Source: an uncultured Gemmatimonadales bacterium (GTDB lineage Bacteria > Gemmatimonadota > Gemmatimonadetes > Gemmatimonadales > GWC2-71-9). From it: 26,908 nt of DNA. Of the stretch, positions 1 through 7,384 are shown piece after piece (positions within the stretch are counted from its first letter, which is position 1; each line of letters begins with the position of its first letter). The stretch spans positions 1-26,908 of the forward strand of contig CAVYSW010000007.1 of assembly GCA_963771275.1 (NCBI GenBank), written 5' to 3'. The translations under genes and the position numbers were made by a program. The notes beneath the pieces are model-generated. The model was not told the DNA's origin. It saw nothing but the letters and a program-made list of their open reading frames with translations, and ran no database searches.

Positions 1-109
1 CTGTCGCGTACCTACTGGTTCGGTTGGTCTTGCTGCATCAGGTCCTCACCGGAGCGGGTACTCGCAACGCTCGTCATAACGTCTCCCTCGGCTGGTGGCC
101 CTCGGCGCT

Positions 110-244
110 GGCTAACGGACATGCGGTTCTGCTGCGGGCGCACTCCTCCCAGCAGCAGGGAATCCCGATTCATGCTCAATCTCGCCAGCATCGCGTATCC
201 ACCGCCAGCGCTGCGCGCCCGCCAGCAGCAAGCGCCTGTTAGAC
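110..244 (-). repeat. attC site, family C
   Basis: Minus strand GTCTAAC-AGGCG-CTTGCTGC...GCAGCAGAACCGCATGTCC-GTTAGCC; imperfect palindrome, interior differs from families A and B. Confidence 0.8.
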
Positions 245-266
245 GGCCGCTTGTAGCTGCGCAGGC

Positions 267-482
267 CTAATCAGCAGTCGTGCTCAAGAGCCGCGTTGCC
301 TCAGCGACATTGCCAGGACGCACCAAGAGGCGCACACCCCTGACGAAAGGCTGCCCGGGTTGCCAACCGCCGGCGTCATCAGCCGCCACGACCGCCTCGA
401 TGTCGGCTGCCGCCAACCTGGCCTTCGCGGCTTCAGCTTCGGGGCGATCCCGGAACACTCGGACGGAGATGAGCGCTGGCAT
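267..482 (-). CDS. DUF2007-like putative signal-transducing protein (cassette)
   Basis: 71 aa with EAEAAKARLAAADIEAVV...GVRLLV...A..LL pattern; AGGA-rich RBS; fills the cassette 116-505. Confidence 0.75.
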   Translation of the reverse strand: MPALISVRVFRDRPEAEAAKARLAAADIEAVVAADDAGGWQPGQPFVRGVRLLVRPGNVAEATRLLSTTAD

Positions 483-499
483 GGTCCTTTCCTGCGGCC

Positions 500-642
500 G
501 TCTAACGGACTTGCGCTTAAGCTGCCGGCCCTAGCTCGCCAGCAGCAACGTAGCATGAACGTACCCGGGAATTCACCACGCGAGCAAAGATCCGTTCCTT
601 TGTGAACGTACAGGGCCGGCCAGCTTCAAGCGCTTGTTAGGC
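500..642 (-). repeat. attC site, family A
   Basis: Minus strand R'' GCCTAAC, AAGCG, L'' CTTGAAGC (extra G) ... L' GCTTAAG ... R' GTTAGAC. Confidence 0.95.
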
Positions 643-1082
643 AGCGAGTCGTGCGGGAGGGAATCCGTCTGCGCGGCCCGGTGTCGGATGATTGGTTGGT
701 CGACGAGGACACGTACCGGCTGTCCCTTGAACGTCCCAGGCTGGTATTGCCACTGTGAGACGGCATCTCGCACCTGGTCGAGAAAGCCGGGTGCTTGCGG
801 GAATGCCCGCTCGCGACGGTGGGCGTCAAGGATTCGAATGGTTTCACGTTCCGGCCGCCCATCGAGCCCGACGACGAATTCCAGGAGGAAGAGGGTGTCC
901 TGAATCGTGGGCGGCACACTGAACATCGGCTCCGCGCGTCGCAGGAGGCTATGGGAGGCCTCGGTGCCGAGCACGATGGGCTCTATGGAAGCAGGTGCTC
1001 GTGCTGACTGGCAGCCTGGCCCGAGAAGCATCAGACCGGTGGCGAGGAGGAGGGGCCGCTGCGCTGTGGTGAAGAGATGCAT
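573..1082 (-). CDS. Putative lipoprotein with TonB C-terminal-like domain (cassette; ORF reads into attC)
   Basis: Signal peptide ending LLGPGC; EFVVGLDGRPE..TIRIL and WQYQPGTFKGQPVRVLVDQPI resemble TonB_C. Confidence 0.6.
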   Translation of the reverse strand: MHLFTTAQRPLLLATGLMLLGPGCQSARAPASIEPIVLGTEASHSLLRRAEPMFSVPPTIQDTLFLLEFVVGLDGRPERETIRILDAHRRERAFPQAPGFLDQVRDAVSQWQYQPGTFKGQPVRVLVDQPIIRHRAAQTDSLPHDSLPNKRLKLAGPVRSQRNGSLLAW

Positions 1083-1090
1083 GGCTCGCT

Positions 1091-1230
1091 GCCTAACGGA
1101 TCTGCGCTTAAGCTGCCGGCGCTAACGTGCACCAGGCAGCCGTCTGGTCAATGACCTGCTCCTGGAGAGTACCAGGCGCTCAATGCTACGCCCGGCGGAG
1201 GCGCCGGTCAGCTTCAAGCGCCGGTTAGGC
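1091..1230 (-). repeat. attC site, family B
   Basis: GCCTAAC 1091-1097 and GTTAGGC 1224-1230; same L boxes as family A; interior gtgcaccagg...ggtcaatgac. Confidence 0.93.
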
Positions 1231-1557
1231 GGTGCCGCGCGAGGAGTCTAAGCCTGATTCGCCGCGGCGCGTGAGCCGGAGCCAAGGCGACCCGACAAAG
1301 TACCGTGTGCAATCGGTCCCAAGACGGTCGACGGGGGGGGTATGTCACCGATGCTGCGGGCCGCGCCCCACATGGCGCCGTCCGCGCCAACTGCAGCCAG
1401 CCGCGGCCAATCCACGTGTCAAGAAGGTGCCTGCCGGCCTTCAAGACCTCAGCATCGGAAGCGTGCGGGCGCTCGCCGCGGATGAGGCCGAAGACCTCCC
1501 AGAGCGAGTAATCGTCCTGGCGGAAATCCTCCAAGATGCGGGATCCCAGGCTTCCAT
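1225..1557 (-). pseudogene. Hypothetical protein cassette with ~3 frameshifts
   Basis: Protein-like segments MEAWD / RILEDFRQDDYSLWEV...WLQLA / DGAMWGAARSIGDI / VDRLG...PWLRLT...GTA* lie in different frames; final TAA sits in R''. Confidence 0.55.
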
Positions 1558-1580
1558 CTGAATCGGCCGGTCGGGCCGCC

Positions 1581-1720
1581 GCCTAACGGACTGCGCTTAA
1601 GCTGCCGGCGCGAAAGTGCACCAGGCGCACCGTCTGGTCAATGACCTGCTCATGGAGCCCCCCAGCCACTCATTTCTACGCCCGGCGGGAGCGCCGGCCA
1701 GCTTCAAGCGCTTGTTAGAC
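1581..1720 (-). repeat. attC site, family B
   Basis: GCCTAAC 1581-1587 and GTTAGAC 1714-1720; near-identical to 2935-3076. Confidence 0.93.
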
Positions 1721-1757
1721 GGCACGCGCGCACTAGCTTTCGGTCCGGGAGGACTTG

Positions 1758-1997
1758 ATGACCTGGACTGACCACATCACGGCTGACCCCAAGGTGCTCG
1801 GCGGCAAGCCCGTTGTGAAGGGCACCCGCCTGGCTGTGGACTTCCTGCTCGGCCTGCTGGCCGAGGGCTGGACGCGGGAGCAGCTCCGCGAGAACTACCC
1901 CCAGCTGACCGATGACGCACTGCGCGCCGTTTTCGCCTACGCGGCCGAGGTGCTGCACGAGCAAACGCTCGTGCCCCTACGGCCGGGCGCAGCCTGA
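1758..1997 (+). CDS. DUF433 family antitoxin (cassette, inverted relative to array)
   Basis: HITADPKVLGGKPVVKGTRL...ENYPQLT.D..RAVFAYA signature; GGAGG RBS; TGATG overlap with the next gene. Confidence 0.9.
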   Translation: MTWTDHITADPKVLGGKPVVKGTRLAVDFLLGLLAEGWTREQLRENYPQLTDDALRAVFAYAAEVLHEQTLVPLRPGAA

Positions 1998-2350
1998 TGC
2001 GCCTCCTTGCCGACGAGAACATCCCCCTTACTACCGTCCGTGCTCTGCGTTCCGCAGGGCACGATGTGTATTCGGCCACGGAGGCGAGCCCGGGGGCTGC
2101 GGATCGCAGGTTGCTCGAGCGGGCCGTTACAGACGAGCGGCTGGTGGTCACCTTCGACCGAGACTTCGGCGACCTGATCGTGCGCGGGACCCAGCGGCCC
2201 GAAGCTGGGGTGCTCTTGCTGCGTTTCGTTCCGAAGAGTGCGGCCGAGGTGACTGAGCTGCTCGTCGCACTGCTTGCGCGTAGCGACGTGACCTGGCGGG
2301 CGCACGTGAGCGTGTTCGACGGGAGGCACGTCCGGCAGCGACCGCTCTGA
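1997..2350 (+). CDS. DUF5615 PIN-like toxin (VapC45-like)
   Basis: MRLLADENIP...L...GHDV...G..D..LL..A...R..VTFDRDFG motif; coupled to DUF433. Confidence 0.88.
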   Translation: MRLLADENIPLTTVRALRSAGHDVYSATEASPGAADRRLLERAVTDERLVVTFDRDFGDLIVRGTQRPEAGVLLLRFVPKSAAEVTELLVALLARSDVTWRAHVSVFDGRHVRQRPL

Positions 2351-2360
2351 TTTGCGTGCC

Positions 2361-2504
2361 GTCTAACGGACTTGCGCTTAAGCTGCCGGCCCCAGCTCAC
2401 CAGCAGCAACGCAGCAGTGAACGTACCCAGGAATTCACCACGCGGGCAAAGACCTCTTCCTTCGTGAACGTACAGGGCCGGCCAGCTTCAAGCGCCGGTT
2501 AGGC
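2361..2504 (-). repeat. attC site, family A
   Basis: GTCTAAC 2361-2367 and GTTAGGC 2498-2504; family A interior. Confidence 0.95.
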
Positions 2505-2505
2505 G

Positions 2506-2691
2506 TCACGGCTCCGGTACCTCCAGGTCGCGACAGATCTTCCGGGCCATAAAGTCATCGACCTCGCGATGCCGAGGCACCGTCGAGGTCTTGCGTCGTG
2601 CGCGATTCACGTAGACCGAGTGCTGGGCGCCTTCCCGCAGCAGCTCACACCCGTTGGCCTCCAGGTGGCGGATGAGATCGCGACGCTTCAC
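2506..2691 (-). CDS. hicA: HicA family toxin
   Basis: MKRRDLIRHLEANGCELLREG..HS.Y.N......TVPRH.E....ARKICRDL; GTG start overlaps hicB stop. Confidence 0.9.
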   Translation of the reverse strand: MKRRDLIRHLEANGCELLREGAQHSVYVNRARRKTSTVPRHREVDDFMARKICRDLEVPEP

Positions 2692-2905
2692 GCCGGCAGG
2701 CGCAGCGGCTCGCGAATCACCTCCTTGGTCCCGATCGCTTCCTCCGCGAGCACGCGGTTGGCCTCGAGCACGAGCCGGACGGCTTCGGCGAGGTTGGCCC
2801 GGGCCTCCTCGAGGGTGGTGCCCTGGGTATTGGCGCCGGGCAATTCCTCGACGAAGCCGATGTAACCGAGGGGCACCTTTGGAACACGGCGGTCAGTTCT
2901 GGCAT
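2688..2905 (-). pseudogene. hicB: HicB family antitoxin with a 1-nt deletion near codon 10 (real or sequencing error)
   Basis: MPELTAVFQ (from ATG 2905) and VPLGYIGFVEELPGANTQGTTLEEARANLAEAV are out of frame; adding one base to the T-run at 2878-2880 restores ...FQKVP.... Confidence 0.8.
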
Positions 2906-2910
2906 GCTTC

Positions 2911-2919
2911 AATCTAGCA
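2911..2919 (-). promoter_or_regulatory. Putative extended -10 promoter for leaderless hicBA
   Basis: Minus strand TGC-TAGATT, then 5 nt, then ATG 2905; no SD. Confidence 0.45.
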
Positions 2920-2934
2920 AGATCTTTCAGTGAC

Positions 2935-3076
2935 GCCTAACGGATTTGCGCTTAAGCTGCCGGCGCGAAAGTGCACCAGGCGCACCGTCTGGTCAATGAC
3001 TGCTCATGGAAGTCACCAAGCGCTCAATGACTACTGCCCGGCGGGAGCGCCGGCCAGCTTCAAGCGCCGGTTAGGC
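2935..3076 (-). repeat. attC site, family B
   Basis: GCCTAAC 2935-2941 and GTTAGGC 3070-3076. Confidence 0.93.
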
Positions 3077-3566
3077 GCGCTCGTCGCGATCGTCGCCAGT
3101 CATCGAAACGGTAAGGGCGATTCCCGCGTATCCGTGGCACCGACCCGTGCCGCGATGGCGGGCGAAGCGCACCAAGACATCGGCAGTGCGCGCCGAGCGT
3201 CAAGCTATCGACGAACGCGGTAAGGGAGTCCGCCGACATGACGGCCGCCGCGTGACGGCTTGCGGTATCGCCAGGCACGAGCGTTCGGTACTGCATCGCG
3301 AGCAAGTGAAACGCCCCGCACCGTGCCGAGTCTCGGCCACTGATGACGAATACCCCGAATCGCGCGGTCCAACCACGAGAACCACCCAGCCCGGGGCCAG
3401 CGGCCGATGGCCTGGGCGCTACCAGGACTGCACAGGCGACGGGCGGTGAAGTCGGCCCCAGTTGCCGTCGCACGGTGCCGGGCGCCAAGAACGTCGCTGC
3501 AGGCCGCGACGGCGAGTGCCGCCGCCAGCGAGGGCAAGATTAGGGGATCAGGTCTTGATCGCTCAT
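3071..3566 (-). pseudogene. Probable frameshifted lipoprotein cassette
   Basis: Lipobox-like LILPSLAAALAVAAC-SD is out of frame with ATG 3566; the downstream protein-like text switches frame. Confidence 0.4.
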
Positions 3567-3575
3567 TGGCGAGGC

Positions 3576-3718
3576 GCCTAACGGACTTGCGCTTAAGCTG
3601 CCGGCCCTAGCTCACCAGCAGCAACGCAGATTGAACGTACCCAGGAATTCACCACGCGCGCAAAGACCTCTTCCTTCGTGAACGTACAGGGCCGGCCAGC
3701 TTCAAGCGCCGGTTAGGC
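3576..3718 (-). repeat. attC site, family A
   Basis: GCCTAAC 3576-3582 and GTTAGGC 3712-3718. Confidence 0.95.
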
Positions 3719-4227
3719 GGCGACCTGCGATGACGGATCCCGTCAGCGCGCACAGTGGACGATGCCAAGACGATGTCGACGCGGCCGAGCATCCGCCGAC
3801 GACCCAGTTCCATGCTTACGCGCTCGGTCGAGTTCCTCGACGCAGTGCCTCGTGACAGCGCTGCAAGTCGGCGAGCGCCTGGGATTCCACGGAAGACGAT
3901 AGCAGACGACCTCGAGACCCCCTGTGAGTGGCGCGACTCGGCCACGCGCTGGTGGCGTCGCTCTCGAGCTGCAGATCCGGGACCATGACGGCGTCGGCTG
4001 ATTGACCGTGACCTCGGCCGGAGGGCCCGCTGTCGACCGGAGCTCATGCGCGGCTCTGCACTGCCGTCGGAGTCGATAATCGCGAGCCGCAGTCGGGTCA
4101 CGCGCAACAGCTCCTCGGTGGGCAACTGCCGATACCGGCCAACTGAGTTCGTCGAGCTACGCGCATCGGCGCTCAGGAGCGATTCGCGACTGGCCTGGCA
4201 ATGAGCATCCGATGTGCAGCTGTCGCC
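3719..4227 (-). other. Cassette body without a convincing ORF (decayed gene or non-coding)
   Basis: Bounded by attC sites; 5' ATGs give only short peptides and no ORF fits the cassette ends. Confidence 0.5.
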
Positions 4228-4370
4228 GCCTAACGGACTTGCGCTTAAGCTGCCGGCCCCAACTCACCAGCAGCAACGTCAGTTGAACGTACCCAGGAAC
4301 TCACCACGCGGACAAAGACCCCTTCCTTAGTGAACGTACAGGGCCGGCCAGCTTCAAGCGCCGGTTAGGC
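4228..4370 (-). repeat. attC site, family A
   Basis: GCCTAAC 4228-4234 and GTTAGGC 4364-4370. Confidence 0.95.
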
Positions 4371-4871
4371 GGCTGCTGGTGCGATTGGATCCCAAGGGCA
4401 CCGTACCGGAGCCATCACGTGCTTCCGGCAGGTTTCCACGAACGTTCCCTCCTCCACGGGCGGGTAGTAGCAGGAGTGCTGCCCCCAGTCGATACGATAG
4501 TGACCGCTCAGCGTGGCGGTGAACGCCTGAAGACGAAAGGGCCAAAGCCAGTCGTTGAGGAGAACCTCCCTGGCGGTCGCGGGCCGAATGCCGGTTATGT
4601 CGTCCCAACGCACGAAGGTCGGTGGACCGGCGGCCCGCACGAATCGGATGCCTCGCGGGGTCAGTTCGAGCCGGCGGACGAGGAACCGCCGAATAAGGAA
4701 GGGGAGGAGGAGGAGCACGAACCACAAGGAACGGAGCTCTGGCAGGAGACGCGTCAGCGGTACGAGAAGCGTGACGAGGACTAGGAGGAACGCGACACTT
4801 ACCGCCGCGGCCGCCGCGACATCGCGTGCATCCCGGGGGGCGTGAACCGGCGCGATGATTGTCGCTTCCAT
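4365..4871 (-). CDS. Hypothetical membrane protein (2 TM + possible bacterial PH-like domain), cassette
   Basis: Two hydrophobic helices then LELTPRGIRF...VRWDDITGI; stop TAA lies in R'' as is typical of cassettes. Confidence 0.7.
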   Translation of the reverse strand: MEATIIAPVHAPRDARDVAAAAAVSVAFLLVLVTLLVPLTRLLPELRSLWFVLLLLPFLIRRFLVRRLELTPRGIRFVRAAGPPTFVRWDDITGIRPATAREVLLNDWLWPFRLQAFTATLSGHYRIDWGQHSCYYPPVEEGTFVETCRKHVMAPVRCPWDPIAPAAA

Positions 4872-4891
4872 AGCAACCCCCACTTGCAGCC

Positions 4892-5038
4892 GCCTAACGG
4901 ACTCTGCGCTTAAGCTGCCGGCCCTAGCTCGCCAGCAGCAACGTGTGTCAATGAACGTACCCAGGAATTCACCACGCGAGCAAAGACCTCTTCCTTCGTG
5001 AACGTACAGGGCCGGCCAGCTTCAAGCGCCGGTTAGGC
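4892..5038 (-). repeat. attC site, family A
   Basis: GCCTAAC 4892-4898 and GTTAGGC 5032-5038. Confidence 0.95.
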
Positions 5039-5194
5039 AGCGCCGGACGTGCGCCGTGCATGGCGACTCAGATAGCTGTCCGCCCGGCGGCCTGGCCGTC
5101 GATCCCGGACACGCCCACGCGCTGCCGGATGCCGCGGTGCAGCCGAGCTCCGGCAGGCCACGCAGGCGAAGCTGGACCGACGTTGACCCGCAGG

Positions 5195-5257
5195 ATCTGC
5201 CAGACATCGCGTCTCCCGCCGAGCCATCGCGCCCGTCACAGCAAGCGCCTGTTAGAC
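5195..5257 (-). repeat. Truncated attC (family C; R''/L'' half only)
   Basis: Matches the first ~60 nt of attC 110-244 on the minus strand, then diverges; no AAC (R') between 5039 and 5250. Confidence 0.75.
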
Positions 5258-5569
5258 GACGCCCGTGGTGCGTGAGGGGCCGCGCCGCTGCCGCGGCACA
5301 GTGCCCGGGGCCACCGGCTGGAAACCCACCGCCGACTCCTGGTGCGCCGACGGCGCGGCCCCGAACGCGGTGGGACCGGGCGCGCCGGAACGCGCGGGGC
5401 CGCGCGGCGCAGCGGAGCGATTCCTCGGGCAGCGAGGAGGAGCTGGTTGCGTTGTGTGGTGCGCGGAGCGGCGAGCGCGGCCCGAGAGTGAGGAGCGTGA
5501 CGGGCCGCCACCCGGATCCTGCTTTGCTCACCACCCTGGTTCATGTCGTTGTGCCTGGCGACGTCTAAC
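5251..5569 (-). other. ORF-less cassette, copy 2
   Basis: ~96% identical by manual alignment to 5700-6018; two compensating indels, no credible protein. Confidence 0.75.
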
Positions 5570-5706
5570 GGACTTGCGCTTAAGCTGCCGGCCCTAGCTC
5601 GCCAGCAGCAACGTCAGTATGAACGTACCCAGGAATTCACCACGCGGGCAAAGACCTCTTCCTTCGTGAACGTACAGGGCCGGCCAGCTTCAAGCGCCGG
5701 TTAGAC
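5563..5706 (-). repeat. attC site, family A
   Basis: GTCTAAC 5563-5569 and GTTAGAC 5700-5706. Confidence 0.95.
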
Positions 5707-6018
5707 GACGCCCGTGCTGCGTGAGGGGCCGCGCCGCTGCCGCGGCACAGTGCCCGGGGCCACCGGCTGGAAACCCGACCGCCGCCCCCGGGTGCCCCGA
5801 CGGCGCGGCGCCGAACGCGGTGGGAACGGGCGAGCCGGGACCGCGGGGCCGCGCGGCGCAGCGGAGCGATTCCTCGGGCAACGAGGAGGAGCTGGTTGCG
5901 TTGTGTGGTGCGCGGAGCGGCGAGCGCGGCCCGAGAGTGAGGAGCGTGACGGGCCGCCACCCGGATCCTGCTTTGCTCACCACCGTGGTTCATGTCGTTG
6001 TGCCTGGCGACGTCTAAC
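5700..6018 (-). other. ORF-less cassette, copy 1 (first position after attI)
   Basis: Bounded by the attI core and a family A attC; frames are Arg/Ala/Pro-rich and not conserved between copies. Confidence 0.75.
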
Positions 6019-6045
6019 TCATAGTAGACTGACGCATCCCCTACT
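6012..6045 (-). other. Putative attI site (core GTTAGAC at 6018-6012)
   Basis: Last core site of the array; lacks the L-box/palindrome of attC on its intI-proximal side (minus: GGGATGCGTCAGTCTACTATGA-GTTAGAC). Confidence 0.75.
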
Positions 6046-6185
6046 ACACACCTCCGGCCAATCGGCCTCGGCGAAGTCCCTCGCAGGAGATGCAACCCTC
6101 CTACCAATATGCTCCTACGTCACTCGGCCAGCCAGATTGGTGGTGCCCTTGGGCGGACGGGGGGTCGGTGTAAGACGCGGTCGGC

Positions 6186-7247
6186 CTACGGGTTTTGGGG
6201 AGGATTGGAGGGGTGGACCTCAGCCGAGTGGGGCCGCAGGGAGGGCAGGGGAAGGGGGAGGAACCGAGTGGCGGGGAGCGGGGCAACCAGGAGGTCAGCG
6301 GGACTCCGCACCGCCAGCCCCCCGCGATTGAGCACGTGGGTGTAAATCATCGTGGTGCGGACGTCCTGGTGCCCCAACAGCTCCTGGACGGTCCGGATGT
6401 CGTAACCGGCTTCGAGCAGATGCGTGGCGAAGGAGTGGCGGAACGTGTGACACGTGGCCCGCTTGGGGATCCCCGCCGCCCGGACGGCCGCCCGCACGGC
6501 CTTCTGCACCGCCGACGGATGCCAGTGATGCCGGCACACGGCCCCCGACGCCGCGTTCACATAGCGCCGGGTCGACGGGAACACCCACTGCCACGCCCAG
6601 TCCAACACGGCACCCGGGGCCTTGCGATGCAACGCCCCCGGAAGCGGCGCCCCGCCGGCTCCCGCCTCCCGATCACGCTCCCACCGCATGCGCACCCGCC
6701 CGAGATGCACCCGCAGCTCGTCGGCGACCGAGAGGGCAAGCATCGTGACACGATCGCGCGCGCCCTTGCCACTCCGGACCCGGATCTCGCCGCGCACCAG
6801 ATCCACATCCTTGACACGCAGCTGAAGCGCCTCCATGAGCCGTAACCCCGACCCGTACAGCAGACCCACCACCAGCCGGTTCACGCCCTGCAACTGCTCG
6901 ACCACCCGCACGACCTCGACCGGCGAGAGCACCACCGGCACCCGCACCGGCTCCTTTGCGCGGACCACCCCATCGCCCAAGCGCAGCCGCCGACCGAACA
7001 GGTGCTCATAGAGGAACAGCAGCGCGCTCGCCGCCTGGTTCTGCGTGCCCGCACTGACCTTGCGCTGCACCGCGAGATCGGTGAGGAAGGCGGAGACCTC
7101 ACGCTCGCCCATCTCCCGCGGATGCTTCACGCCGCAGAACCGGACGTAACGACGCACCCACCCCGCGTACGCCTGTTCCGTCCGCGGGCTGTAATGCCGC
7201 GCCCGAATCTCGCGGCGCACCTGGGAGAGGAGACCACCCGTCACCAC
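6186..7247 (-). CDS. intI: Integron integrase (tyrosine recombinase)
   Basis: [36 protein letters not shown], IntI-specific insert LPGAL.RK.P.A...[40 protein letters not shown]. Start uncertain; GTG 7247 chosen because TATGGT lies 6 nt upstream. Confidence 0.97.
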   Translation of the reverse strand: MVTGGLLSQVRREIRARHYSPRTEQAYAGWVRRYVRFCGVKHPREMGEREVSAFLTDLAVQRKVSAGTQNQAASALLFLYEHLFGRRLRLGDGVVRAKEPVRVPVVLSPVEVVRVVEQLQGVNRLVVGLLYGSGLRLMEALQLRVKDVDLVRGEIRVRSGKGARDRVTMLALSVADELRVHLGRVRMRWERDREAGAGGAPLPGALHRKAPGAVLDWAWQWVFPSTRRYVNAASGAVCRHHWHPSAVQKAVRAAVRAAGIPKRATCHTFRHSFATHLLEAGYDIRTVQELLGHQDVRTTMIYTHVLNRGGLAVRSPADLLVAPLPATRFLPLPLPSLRPHSAEVHPSNPPQNP

Positions 7248-7384
7248 GCCCGCACCATAACGGGCGACCCGGCAAGACCCGCAACCACCGCATCGCGGCA
7301 CGTGCCATTCCTCGGCACCACGCCGCGCCTCATAGCACCGTCACAGCCCTCATACCCACCGCCACACGTGTGCGGCGGCCCGGT

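Larger units (their letters stand above)
1..7247 (-). mobile_element. Chromosomal integron (intI + attI + >=11 gene cassettes; array continues beyond base 1)
   Basis: IntI-type integrase, an attI-like single core site and ten complete attC sites (RYYYAAC...GTTRRRY with L boxes) delimiting small, mostly minus-strand cassettes. Confidence 0.95.

Noticed and set aside
2688..2912. hicB starting at TTG 2912, or programmed -1 frameshift
   Set aside because: N-terminus MKHARTDRR is not family-like and overlaps the -10; no canonical slippery heptamer at the shift.
500..5706. Regular repeats as a CRISPR array
   Set aside because: Repeats are ~140 bp palindromes with attC core sites separated by 300-650 bp cassettes; no cas genes.
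5236..6107. ORFs MNQGGEQ.../MNHGGEQ.../MVSKAG... as cassette proteins
   Set aside because: Arg/Ala/Pro-rich, no RBS, run into attC, and the frame is disrupted centrally between the two copies.
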